Assembly (NCBI GenBank): GCA_000320545.1
Contig: ADNK01000452.1
Location: forward strand, 1 to 64,000
DNA: 64,000 nt
Direction of reading: 5' to 3'
From: Bigelowiella natans CCMP2755
Lineage: Eukaryota; Protista; Cercozoa
In this document: one piece after another, positions 51,480-63,959 of the stretch
Position numbering within the stretch: the first letter of the stretch is position 1
Layout: every line of letters starts with the position of its first letter
The notes under the pieces: generated by a model
What the model saw: only the letters and a program-made list of their open reading frames with translations
Database searches by the model: none
Told to the model about the DNA's origin: nothing
Program-made: the position numbers and the translations under genes

Positions 51480-53490
51480 CGCACGCCACACATTCGCACA
51501 TAGTACAATAAGTTTAATGATAGCTGCTTAACTTTCATTTATTTACTGAATCTAATAGATGGATGGATGGATGGATGGGACAGCGTTTTCTCTGCCGCCG
51601 CCGCCTCCTCTCTAATCGATTTGCCACCACCCCCCCAACTCTGTACCACCACCCCACCAATTGGTAGCTCTGCTGCTGCTGGTTCCTGACCTGATGCTGA
51701 GTTTGTAGCGCCCATGAACTACACCAACTTGCGAGTAGAAATCCTCCTCCCGGTGCGTGATCACAAGCGACCGGCCTAGGCCGTTGGCAAACAACCGGTT
51801 GAACGACAACGGAAGCCGATCTTCTCCCTTCCTCGTCAGGGCGATGGGGCATCTCGGAAAGCAGCGCACGTCGGTGTCTTTGTCGTCGTCCATGATTGGA
51901 ATCGCGCGCTTTTCCGCGAAGATGTCCGGGTCCTTCCAGAAGATGTTGAGTTCGCACGCAATGGAGAACTTCTCCATCTGTAGGTTTATTTCCTGTCAAC
52001 CCATCAACCAAGGACGCTCAGCACGCAAGGCGGAAACCATCGCCACCACCGCCAACCCCACCGTGAAAGAGAAAGAGGAAGAAGGAAGGGGGGTGCTTTG
52101 CTGTGGGCGAGTGTTCGCTGAGGGGAGTGCAGTAGCATTTCTTACCGTTACTTCGATATCTAAATGCAAGAAAACTTTGGACTTGGGGATCACTTTCACG
52201 ACCAATTTTGGAGGAAAAGCAACCGAGAGACTATTTCCCCTAGTCCTCTTGTTGTTTTTCCTCGTTCCCTCCTCCTGCATAAGCCGGGTAAGACGAAGGA
52301 TGTCACTGTTCTTCTGACTCTCATCGCGGTAGGCTCCCTCTATGAAGTAGTTGTTCTTGCCGTCGCTTGCAAAATCTCTGTGCAGATCGTAAAGCAGCAA
52401 TGGCCTGCTCTTGTAGTAATCTGGAGATGAGTAATGATAGGAGGAGGAGGAGGAGGAGGAGGAGGAGGAGGAGGAGGGGGGGTGACAACAGGTTTAGACA
52501 ACATAACATATGAAGTTAGAATAAAGTGGAGAGGGCAGAAGAAATATATACATGTACAGCAGCTGCGACTATTTGTCCACCACCCCCTTTTTCTTCTTTA
52601 TCATCATCATTATCAACATCATCATCGCCATCAGCATTACCACTTCAATCTACACTATCTAGCAGCAGATTGTTCATACATTCCTGATGAGGTTGACGGC
52701 CAGACAACCTACATTCCTTCAGCTTCGACGGCTCCTTCGGCCAAACGAGAAAGAACTTCTTCCGCACTTCTCCCTCTCCCCCTTCTTTCTCCTCTTTCTC
52801 AACCTTACAAATGAGTTTCCATCCTGCTATTCGGAGATATCTGCTGTCTTTTTGAACGATGCCCTCATACTCCTTCCGTATGGACAGCTTGTTCGAGAAG
52901 TTCTGGAATCGCAGATCGAGCAAGGTGAGGATGTGGCCTAGCTTGGAGATCCCAATAGCCCTAAGATCATCCTTTTCTAGCTCCAGCATCTGGGAACCGC
53001 TGATTTCGTTCTTTCTGTAGTGAGAAGGACAGTGACCGTGGAGTACAATTATTTGGCAGATTATGGTCGTGGAATAATGTGAAAAGGGAGGCGAAGTCAG
53101 AAAGATGCGAGGAAGGGCAGGAAAAGTAGTGCGGCGGGCAAGACAAAAATCTCTTTGTTAGAAACCTGACCTGAAGATCTCCGCGTAACCAAGGCCAGGA
53201 AAAGTTTTCTCTACTACTTCTGCTAAAGCTTGGATATCAAGGTTTTCGATGGTCGAGTCGTGCTGCATCTGTCGCAATCTCTGGCTACCAAGCGACTCAC
53301 AGTCGTGGCCAACTTCTCCCGTACCCCCGGAGTTTGCAGCTGCTGCCAGAGCGGCAAGACTTTCATCGATATAACTCACAGACTTCTTTCGCCTCAACTG
53401 CATGTAAATGATTACTGTGTTTGTTCCTCAAAGGAAGTGGGGCAAATAATGTCGGATGTAATCGCTCACCATCGTGAACTTTGGGAACAT
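49670..53490 (-). CDS. Cys-less (Pro-loop) pentameric ligand-gated ion channel with N-terminal SAM domain
   Basis: SAM: LAEVVEKTFPGLGYAEIFR|KNEISGSQMLELEKDDLRAIGISKLGHILTLL. ECD: FSIACELNIFWKDP, RLFAN, MELGRFPFDRQLL (Pro-loop, no Cys pair). M1 NFYFLNMVLPAFII; M2 EARLTLVIRLLLTIVAFK; LPIISYTTVMDMY + M3; M4 LDILCAIVFVVFWGGLNLLYV. First exon MFPKFTM inferred (ATG 53490). Confidence 0.9.
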
Positions 53491-53574
53491 GTGTCTTGGA
53501 CCTTAGCGAGGAGGACAGATTCGTTTGAACAGCAGTAATACCGAGTCACAACGTACAGACTTATTTACATATTC

Positions 53575-54140
53575 AAAAAACAGAAATTAGTCAAAGCTGT
53601 CACAGACTCATCGCCAAGCCCTTCCTCTCTAGTCTACAGCCAATGGAAGGAGTGCCACAGCTTGCCCCTCGGACCTTACTGGTCTTCGGATATCCGCAGT
53701 CTACGCGGACTTAGATGTGCCCTGCAGGTAGTTCGGGTAATCATGGGGGCGACGAAATTGAATTAGACCCGAATGATGTGGGAGGTCGAAATGAAAGGTA
53801 CAAGTAGTTCGCACGACGATGGGGTGATGAGCTTCCATGAACAGCTTGTACTCTTGGAGCACCATGAAATCCCGGCAGTAACCGTGATTCAGAGCATTTC
53901 ACGCCCCTTCAGTTGGACGGTTTTAGGCCAAAACCCGTAATCACGGTGCTCAGTCGGGGGAAAACTTCGTTCGGGCCCTGGTCGTACTCGTTGTTGGGGC
54001 GATGATTACGCAGCTCGCGAACGTAATCCCTGGGTCTCTGGTTAATACCCGATATTCTCAGGGATTCGGATGAGGACGTTGGTATTGGCATTTGAATGAC
54101 TGTATCGTCACTTGTTGAGAAAATGAGAAACATTTTCTCC
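53575..54140 (-). other. unexplained high-complexity, hairpin-rich segment (candidate structured ncRNA or small/frameshifted gene)
   Basis: Local inverted repeats (see findings); AATTTCTG followed by T6 on the minus strand; a ~118-codon minus ORF ending 53909 overlaps it. No family recognised. Confidence 0.3.
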
Positions 54141-54317
54141 CGGAGACGTGTCGAAAGCCTTAGAATGTCTTCGGCTTGTAAAATATCGAGAGTTCTTTGG
54201 ATGCGACACATGAAATATGGGCTGGAAGTAGTTAAATCTCCTTTGTACGAATCGAAATATGCCATTAAAATCTGAAATCCTACGTTGTGAAAGCACAATC
54301 CAACTGCTGCGCCCGTA

Positions 54318-55593
54318 ATGCCCACCTCTGCTATTGCGAAGCCTATCCAGGACAACGATTGTGCCAAGGTCTGCATTCATAGTCATTGTTATGGAGATTA
54401 GCCTCACAGATGTTCCCTTCTCCATAGGGGCCTATCGTAGAAGCAACGTCGGACAAGAATGGCAGCAATATTATCATAGCTGTTGCTCTTCTCGTCCTTT
54501 ACTTTGGCATGAACCTTGTTTTCAATATCTACAACAAGTGGCTTTTCAACGGACCATTACCTGCGCCAGTATTTGTCACAGCAACCCATCAGGTTGACAC
54601 TGTACAGACTGCACGATGAAGCTCGAGCTAATAATTAATATATGTAAATTAGGTGTTTTGCTTCGCCGGTGCTCTCCTTGCGGCGTGCTGTGCTCCAGAC
54701 AGCTGGTACAAACGCACTCCTCTCGAAGGCAGCGGTAGTGCAGCTACCTTGTTCTCCCCTGCTATCTCAAACCTAACATTTAGTTTACTTTCTCAGCAAT
54801 GATCACGAAATTGATGATCATTCCATTCGGTTTCTGTATGAACATCGGGCTAAATAACATCTCGTTACTATTCTGCACGTTGGCTCTGAACCAGTTGATT
54901 AGATCGTTTGCCCCTGTCACTGTTGCGATCGCTTCCTACTTCATCGAGGGAAAAAGCTACTCATTCCCTAAACAAGCTACCCTGGCTTTTCTGGTCCTAG
55001 GCATTGTTCTTGGCGTGTCCTCATCACCTGACTTTGAGTTCCTTGGATTCATCATCTGTACCGCATCCGTGGTCGGATCTACCCTTCAAGTTGTTTTGAC
55101 TGGCTATTTCATGGGTGGCCAAAAAGTAACGTTGCATGTCTTCGATATCCTCCTCTACACCGCTATTCCCTGCATAGCATTCCTTATCCCCATGGCCTAC
55201 TTGGTCGGTGATCACATCAAACTTATTGAGGCCTTCGAAGCCCATGGACCCGCTCAATTCTTCGGACTTGTATTTGCGGGTGGCCTCATGGCGTTCTCGT
55301 ATAACATCATTACGATCTGCCTGATCAAATTCACCTCCTCCGTCTACTACGCGGTAGCAGGGGGCTTCAAGGTGTGCCTTGTCATTGGAATGTCTTTCGT
55401 ATTCTTTGACCAAAAGATCTCGACCTTGTCATTCATCGGAATAATCATATCGTGCATGGCATTCGTTGGAAACTCGTACCTCACTTTCAGAGAGAAACAG
55501 CAGAAGAAGGAACAAGTTCAGCGGAAGTCTCTCGAAGAGGAGAACGAAGGATTGCTCAGCGGAAAGCAGAAAGTTGTTCAGGAGAGCGTGTAG
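54318..55593 (+). CDS. triose-phosphate/nucleotide-sugar transporter family (TPT, DMT superfamily), 4 exons
   Basis: MPTSAIAKPIQDNDCAK|GPIV..LLVLYFGMNLVFNIYNKWLF..PVFVTATHQ|VFCF..|..MNIGLNNISLLFCTLALNQLIRSFAP..FSYNIITICLIKFTSSVYYAVAGGFKVCLVIGMSFVFF; typical TPT-family motifs. Confidence 0.9.
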
Positions 55594-55779
55594 GCAGCGC
55601 TTCTGGCGACTCAATTTGCTATGAATATTTCCACATTACTTGGCCCGTTCAATTAAGTCGTCATGCTAAGAAATTGAAACATTCCCCCCCAATTCCGTGT
55701 GCCTTCCCACTAATTATGAAGTTCGCTAAAATTCAAAGTTTTTTAATTAATGGAGAATGAGATGTTTATTTTGAAGGAT

Positions 55780-56420
55780 AGATCTTTGCTAGCATGCTGC
55801 ACTATACTACTAGACTAGACTAGTGTATGGGATGATCATTCCTAGATTTTGTGTGCTATATCAGCAATCTCACACAGCTTGAATTGCGTTGAGAATTGCA
55901 ACGAGCGAGTTGATGAAGAGTGCTAGAATGTTGCATGCAAATCTAGCTAGCACGCTCTAGAGCTCTAAGCCTGCCCTCTAGCTAGCGCTGGCTAAAGTCA
56001 CATAAGTGAGCTTGGACGAACATATGCATATCTGGACATGCTAGCATGATAAAAAAAAGAACACTCATCGTAATGTTTAAATTGTTGACAACGTGCACTT
56101 ATTCGCTCACTGTTTTGGTTAAAATGCTGCAAATTAGGTGCGTCGCGCTGCATTCTCACGTTCGACTAGCTAGCTAGTTCGTGTACATGTTCCAAACATG
56201 ACTGCGCGCGCTGTCTATGTAGCTGTGGTGATTGTGGACATCTAGACATGATGTAACCCCGCTGCTGTCTTGCTGTGTCCTTACACAACCTCGCGCAAAA
56301 AATGCCAAGCTCTTGCACTGATACTTGACCAATTATGTTGCACGTTTATCCAAGCTATCAAGCTGTGCACATGATGTGAATGCGCGTGCATGCTGTGGTT
56401 ACGTTAGCATGCATATAGCT
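55780..56420. other. CTAG/CATG-rich block between convergent TPT and NCBP3-like genes
   Basis: gctagcatgc, tagactagactag, ctagctagc, gactagctagctag (56165). Confidence 0.7.
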
Positions 56421-56763
56421 TTGCTCAATGTGTTTTTTAATCCTCCCCACCGCCCCACCTCATCCAGTGTCTTCTTTTGGGCTTGCACTTCCTATTAACG
56501 GCCCTAGGTACTGGAATACCTGTCGGAATCTCCACTCTGAAGGTGGACGCAGATGTGGTGGAAGCTTTCGGTCCAGCGTGGTAGTGATTCGTGCATGTGT
56601 GCCAAAGGGTGGAGAAACAGTCCATATCTATTAAGTTGCCGAAATAATGGTGGTAAAAGATAGGGAAGATTAGAGTAGCTGTTGTATGTTCCACGCTCAG
56701 CATGTGCTAAAGGGGGGGTTGAAGGCAGCATAAGGTTATGAATCGATGTCAATGTGATATCAA

Positions 56764-57771
56764 CTACACATAATCGACCTCTCCATCCTCCTCAACCTCA
56801 TTCTTCCTCTCCTTTCCAGCCCCTGACGATGGTAACGGCCTGATGATCATCCTTTGCCATGCCAAAAGGGGATAGTCATCCTCTGAGTAGGGTATGCTCT
56901 CAGCTTTTGCGTATCGCACAGAAATACGTCTTTTGGTCCTGTTCAGGTCCTCCTCGCTCGCTCGTTCCGTCAGAGCTTGGAACGCTCCCACTGCCATTTC
57001 ACGGGAAGGAAAGCAAATGTTACAGAGGTCATCGTCCAGCCACTCGACCTTATATAAATGGTGGAAAGTCATTGTTGGGGTAGCACTAGTAAGGGCAGTG
57101 TTACATAATTATTATTTGGGTATAGAAAAGGATTTCGTGTTAGTGGTAATAGGAGTAACAGCGCCAACAACAGCAACTCTTTTTTTGGGTTAAACGCTAC
57201 AAACCTTAGTCGGGTTGAAGCCACGAAAGAGCGCCAGAACATCCCGCGTCTTCATGTTTACGAACATTTCACGGGGCTGCATGACAACACGGTGACAAGA
57301 GGTTGTGATGAAATATCCTACCAATGATGAGTGATGATGGCGACTAAAACAAGAGAGGCTGATGATGATGGAGATGAAAGTTCTACTTATGAACTAAGTT
57401 TATGCACGCTGCTCAAATAGACCCCAATTCTTTCCTCTGTACTATGATATTATGGTCCTCCCCCCCCCCCTCGCTACTTTCATTGTAATAGTTCCTCGTG
57501 ATGTCTCACCGCCCAAATCGTGAGTTTGCTCCATAGGCGGGGAATCCCTACGTCAATGTCACACGGCAGCATTTCGGAGATGTAGTATTCCAACCGGCGG
57601 CTAAGAGCAATATCCTTGTTGTCCTCGTCGCCACCACCACTGCCATAATCACCACCGCTGTTACCAACACCTCCTGTATCCGTTTCGATATTCTCATCTG
57701 CAATGCTAAGACCTCCGTCGTTACCAAGGGAGGCATCGATGCTGTCAAGAATTCCCGAAAACTGTATGAAA

Positions 57772-57820
<49 letters not shown>

Positions 57821-58298
57821 TGAGGAGGAACTCGACGAGAAAAGATCGACACTCGGCGAACAAAAGCTCTGACTGTTCTTGTCAGCTAGTGGAACCTGCG
57901 TTGCCAAGCGCGTCACACGTCGTTTCTTCGCTTGGCGCTGACAATAGTATGTCACCAATACAACGTTAATTGTTCGTGCTAACCCTGTGTGAGTGTAACA
58001 AACACTAGGAGGACAATTTCAAGCTTTACCACATGTAGCATCATTCTATCCATGACTAAGTGACCTGAATCTTCCTCTGTTCCTCAGTAATATTATAATT
58101 TATCGGTGGCAAGGAAGACGACGACGATGACGGTTCGGTCAAATGTGGAGAACGCGACGACTGCCTTAGATAGCACCCTAAGCACTCCTGATAGAGTATG
58201 CAAATATTGTGTGATCGTTAAAGCGATATATCTTATTTTCCAGATGCAACGATTGCAACAACGTCCAGAAATAAAACCGTCAGCGACATGCGTTAGGA

Positions 58299-58349
<51 letters not shown>

Positions 58350-58889
58350 TTCGCGCGCGCCTTCGTACCTCATAACCAGCCTGACGAACAAGATGGCACG
58401 TGCAAGGGGGTATGCTGGTATTGTTTGCAGCAACACCATATTCACGGGAAGCTAATCCCTTGGCTGACGGTCTATAACCCATCTGCCGTAACCATCTCGC
58501 CTCCGTTACTGGTTTCTCGACCCCGCTGCTACTACTACTGCTAGCATGGCTTCCTGATGTGTATGAGCATCTATATTTCAGACTGAGATCAGCAGATTGG
58601 GAATTATGAGCCACGACGCGCGCCTGCCGCACCAGCTTGAGATGGAGGCGTTTGATCCTTCATCTCCTGCGTCCGCTTTCTCATCCACGTGCGAGCTGTG
58701 TGCTTGGGGAGGGCGGTGACGTTGGTGCCGAGCACCCGATGGCTGGGCAAGTGGGGATGTAGGTGTTAAAACAGTGATGTCGTCGTTAACGTTGTCGCAT
58801 GTGCAGAACTCCCTCCTTCCAAGAATATCAGGCGGCCAGGATTCTCTATTTCTTAAAACCCAAACTGCTTTTGCAATGGTTCGGATCAT
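56764..58889 (-). CDS. NCBP3: NCBP3/DUF2414-like RRM domain protein with unassigned N-terminal region
   Basis: Spliced NMKTRDVLALFRGFNPTK|VEWLDDDLCNICFPSREMAVGAFQALT matches the NCBP3 pattern (MSTQDVFSYF..P..IEWLDD.SCNVV). Linkage of upstream exons (57480-58889) and start codon uncertain. Confidence 0.6.
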
Positions 58890-59048
58890 AAATGCATGGC
58901 GATTTGACCGAGCGTCAAGGGCCAAAACGCAAACACCGATGGCATCTGGCCGCTGAATTCTGGAGTGACCCTACGACATACGTAACTCGTATCCCGAGGT
59001 ATCACTTTTCCAGGCTGCGTCATCACCCTCCCTCCCTCTCCCCCCTCG
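58890..59048. promoter_or_regulatory. probable very compact bidirectional promoter (NCBP3-like / SLC35A)
   Basis: Divergent starts at most ~160 bp apart. Confidence 0.45.
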
Positions 59049-60333
59049 ATGAAGATATCATGGATGGCAGCGATCGCCCTCGCGGTCCTTACGGTGCAGA
59101 ACACAACCGTTCCCATCACCATGCGCCTGGCGAGGACAACTGATGCTGCAGCCCCAGGGGAGGAGTATTGTGTGCCAGTCCTCGTGCTGATATCAGAGGT
59201 CATGAAGCTCATCAGCTCTTCCTTCCTACTAGCGTATGAAACAAATTCGGGTGTTGCCGCGATGAAAGAAGTGCAGAACAGCTTTGTGAATGACCTTCCA
59301 ACAACCCTCAAGCTCGGGGTCCCAGCAGGTCAGTAGAATAGACACATTAAGCATTTGCTCAGGCTTTGGTTTTGACTGCTGTGACCGTGCCTCTCAGGAT
59401 TATACTTCATCATGAACACCTGTTGCCAACTCGCAAACAGTTACCTTCCGGCGGCTGTTTACCAAGTAACATATCAGGGAAAGAGCCTCGTCGTAGCTCT
59501 TATGTCGGTAATATTGCTAGGAAGACGATTACAGGTCTTCCGTTGGATGGCGATCGCTGGATTGGCTATTGGTGTTGCAATGGTGAACGTATCGAAGGCC
59601 CCCGACAATGTGTCCAAATCTACTGAAGGTGCTGATAGCTTGATGATTCTCGGCCTGGGCTATTCGTTCACAGCGGCAATCTGCTCTGGATCGGCCGGGG
59701 TGTACTTCGAGATGATGATCAAGAAGCAACAGCCAAAGACGGCGAGCGGGCAGCCTGGCAAACAGCCGTCCCTCTGGCTTCGCAATATCCAGCTCGCATT
59801 TTTCTCTATTCTCATCGCAATCCCAGCTTGCATCGCCTCAACTTCCTTCGATGCCAATGACCCACTTCGGGGATTTGATATTAAAGTCTGGGCACTGGGC
59901 GTGAACAACGCACTCGGCGGCCTCATCGTAGCACTCGTTGTCAAGTAAATATCTCTCTCAGCATCCTTGCTTCATAACCTATGGCATTCCTCATTTATGA
60001 CTTGTCTTCGTGATAACCATCAGGCATGCCGATAACATCATGAAGTGTTTCTCGAATGCGACTTCGACGGTTCTTGCTACTGTCATCTGCATCCCGCTCT
60101 TTGGATTTGAACCCACCCCCCTATTCGTCCTGGGGGCATTTATAGTGTTGGCATCTGTTCTCCTTTATGGAGAGGCCATTCGGTTGGGGCCTACTTTCGA
60201 CACAATCGTGTGCGCGAAGGAGGATATAGCTGTTGCGATTCCGAAGGAAATCCAGTTAGAGTCGGGGGATGTTAATGGAAAAGAGAGTGAGATTCAAATG
60301 GGAGAAATATCCACCAAAGAGGCAAAAGATTAG
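59049..60333 (+). CDS. SLC35A: SLC35A-family nucleotide-sugar (UDP-Gal/CMP-Sia-type) transporter, 3 exons
   Basis: LAVLTVQNT..MRLART, VLISEVMKL, LKLGVPA, LPAAVYQVTYQGKSLVVALMSVILLGRRL..RW, SGSAGVYFEMMIK, SLWLRNIQL, GGLIVALVVK-HADNIMKCF. Confidence 0.93.
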
Positions 60334-60399
60334 TTTCACTAAACATTTAATAAGTCCTAAACATACGTCTGCTTTTCGTGCATATGTTCGTACGTTTGG

Positions 60400-61080
60400 C
60401 AATGAGTAGCGTCACGACTAACAGGAGCATCTTATTCGTGTGTCTGCAAGATTGATGAGCATGACAACTCTACGCTAGACAACAAGACAATGCATACAAA
60501 AGAAATTTTGCGCAAGCGCGCGCGCACGCTCAGCAGGTCAAATGAAGGCATGTACATGCGTTCTTAATTTGACATTCATCTAGACAGACATTGCGCGTGG
60601 CAGCAAGCGCACGATTGAGTGCTATAATTTTTATTGTAACGTCTGTAGTTGTCTGTGTGGACGTGCAAATCATCGCAACCTTGCAGCTGCCATGCAAGCT
60701 TGTCCGTAGTCGCATCACACATATAATATAATAACACACAAAAGTGCATATAGTATAGCAGACAAGTAGGCTGTTCATTCAATGCAAGTATGATTTGACG
60801 CGCTGCAGCCACCGTTTTGCATAGCTACACTAGGATGATAATTGAAAAGATTTAATCACATCATTACATCTGTCATAGCACAGCTGCGCCTCCGATAAGA
60901 CGGCGGTGTAGCTAGCGAATGACTTGAACAACTGTGGCCTACCAAGCTTAGAAAACTTCATTGCATAGACGCACGTATATTGTGGCAAGTCAGCATGCAT
61001 GAACGCCGCATGATCATCAATTCTGCTTGAATCGTTGCCAGCATTACTCATCTGAATTTGGCTACGCTGCGCTTGTCCTT
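60400..61080. other. CATG/TGCA-rich block between convergent SLC35A and PfkB genes
   Basis: gcatg, tgca, tagctagc, cagcatgcatg motifs. Confidence 0.55.
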
Positions 61081-61206
61081 ATATTTTCTCCACATGAAAG
61101 ATGCCTGGAACCTACGCAGGCCATTCAAGAAAGAAAAAGCGAAAGTATAAACGACTAAGGCACGGATTCACACCCTCGAAAGTATATTCACCCCCCTCGC
61201 TCTCAA

Positions 61207-61303
61207 TCAGCACACCTCAGCGATAGCTTCACTCCTCCAGGGAGTTCCTTCTCGTGCACCCAGCCTTGTCAACTTTTTCGCCGCAACATAAGACCCTTTT
61301 TGA

Positions 61304-61370
<67 letters not shown>

Positions 61371-61395
61371 CGGTGCGACCCGTGCGGTAAATATA

Positions 61396-61447
<52 letters not shown>

Positions 61448-61851
61448 TAACATATAATATTTTATATGTCACAGAATCATGATTTCCCACACAGATACTA
61501 CTCTTTCACTCTCCTACCATTCGCCAACTGTCTGTATATATGCTGCCCTCGCAATTAAACACGACCTAATTTCATTCCAGATTCAAGACTTTGCTTCCGA
61601 ACCAAAGCGTGAATAACCCCTGATTGTAACAAATAGTTCTCATCGACGTGAGCATCAACTATCTTCCTTCCTGAACGCCTGATCGACTAACATGAGCAGC
61701 AGCATAGAATCTGCAACGCGACGACCCAAAATTTAGCAATCATACACTTACGCACCAGCAATGTACGCGTCACCAGCGCCAGTTGTGTCCACGATATCCT
61801 TCGCATCAATTTGCCAGGCTTGACATCTGCATTGCAAATATATACATATTA

Positions 61852-61918
<67 letters not shown>

Positions 61919-62285
61919 ATGTAGAGTCTCAAGACTACCTGAACGTAAGGAAGCGGTTGTCTTTCCCTTTCCCTTCTTCTTCTTCTTCCTCTCCATTGTT
62001 CTCTCTTACGACCGCGATCGACCCATCAGCCTGGTGTAGAAAAGGGGCAAATCTTTCTGCTGTTCTCTCAACGACACATATGACGACACGATAACCACCG
62101 CTAAAAGGGTCACACCGAACACCATTGTGTGAAATAGCGATGATGGTGGTGGTGATGATGATGATGATGATGATGATTGCGATGGTGATGGTGATGATGA
62201 TGATGATGATGATGATGATAGTAATGATGGTGATGGTGATGATGATGATGACGATACGTCTCTCTGGATAAATCCGGTCTACACA

Positions 62286-62319
<34 letters not shown>

Positions 62320-62448
62320 CCACTTACACACCCCCATTGTGCTGACGACAAACTGGAGACGAGGCAGCTGGAGCAATATGGTCTTCATATTCGCCTCGAT
62401 GTCCTTGCTGTCTACATTTGAGATTCGGCAGATACACACAACACACAC

Positions 62449-62480
<32 letters not shown>

Positions 62481-62606
62481 ATGATAGATTAGAGCTATCA
62501 CTAACGCCACCTTTAACGACATTGCAATCATCATTTCCACCACCATCACACTACACCTACACGCCTCCCTAGTAGTAGGAAAGGTAGCCGTCGTCGTCGT
62601 TGCTGC

Positions 62607-62642
<36 letters not shown>

Positions 62643-62834
62643 CATGAGCAGCAGTACCATCTCCATGCTTCTCGGCAAATATATGAGGGTACTTTGAATT
62701 GGTGAACAGCATGTTCGCCTGTAGAGGATGACGATCCAGGGAAAAAAATGAGCAATAATGATGATAATGATTATGAATAACACTAAGAAGAAGATTAAGA
62801 AGAAGGCGACGGCTTTAGTGTTATTTGGTGGATT

Positions 62835-62871
<37 letters not shown>

Positions 62872-63928
62872 CTGTCTTGATGCCTTTGGAAGAAAAAATC
62901 GTCGCTTGAGCTGCTGCTAGATGACATCATCGTCCCTAGGATCACCGGACGGGATATGCCCTCCCAACAATAGCACAAGGAGTAGTAGTGGAAGTAGCAG
63001 AGGAGGGGTGGCGAGAAACCTTGGTCAATAGTTTTGCCAAGCCGGGTCGATCTTTCTCGACATCAAGGGATACCAGAACTCCTAACACACGCCATATTTT
63101 ATTTTCGTAAAAACGCGCGGCCTCTAAGCTGTAGCTTGGGGGGGGTGGGGGGAATGATGACGCTGAGGATCAAGGCATTAATATTGCGATGAGAACGCCT
63201 ACGACGACGACGGTTAGGAAGATCGGGTTGGTGATGGGTTGTGGTGGTGCTATTGCTACTGCTCTGAAGATATTGATGATGATGATGATGATGATGATGA
63301 AGATGATGATGATCGAGAGAATCCCTGACAAATTGGCTCACCTTTCGAATTCGCTAATTCACCCAGTTTTGTTGCCTACGGTACGTTTGAAATTGACGAA
63401 TGGATATCGTGCTGGCACAATGAAGCCGTCTATTGGAATCTTCGTGGTATTAGTGTGCTACCGCAGGCGTGTGCCTCCCGTCCAGATGAACCCAAGAGCA
63501 GTTGTCCAGCATTTCCCCTGATATTTCTTGGAGGTGGGGGGAGGAGGAGGAGGTAGATCATCACACACGGTGGTAGGGCGATCGCTGATACGCAAAAAGA
63601 GAATCTTCGATGTGTACTAACCGTCCGGCGAGAGCTCTTCTGTTGCGGGCGTATGAATGCACGTGCGTGTCGAGCTGGAGATTTGAATAACAGCAACAAC
63701 AGGTGGGGGAGGGGAATCGCGCGGCATTACGAGCACGCGGTGGGTATGAAAATAGATGTTATTTAAGATGCCTCCCCGTATCTGGGTTCTGCCATAAACT
63801 ACGAGGCACGAAACAACAGGTCTCATGCTGCCTGCGGCCAACCTCTTTTTGTCCACGATTACGTAGGTGAAGGGGGACGGGGTCCTATGGAAGCCATTAC
63901 AATAAACGCCGTTAGATCGCTCTCCCCT

Positions 63929-63959
<31 letters not shown>

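Noticed and set aside
53915-53932. Telomerase template (CCTAAAACC on the minus strand)
   Set aside because: Does not match TTAGGG or TTTAGGG registers and lies within a hairpin.
53890-53940. Hammerhead ribozyme core (CTGAAG...GAAA on the minus strand)
   Set aside because: Core is CUGAAGG, not CUGANGA, and only 5 nt are available for stem II.
53700-54260. Antizyme-like +1 frameshift or SelK-like selenoprotein (MAY... ORF ending TGA)
   Set aside because: No antizyme ORF2 motifs, no SelK hydrophobic/WRL motif, and no convincing SECIS.
61229-61300. Cys motif CCG....GC suggesting a BTK zinc motif
   Set aside because: Wrong frame; the correct frame is the PfkB C-terminus GSYVAAKKLTRLGAR.
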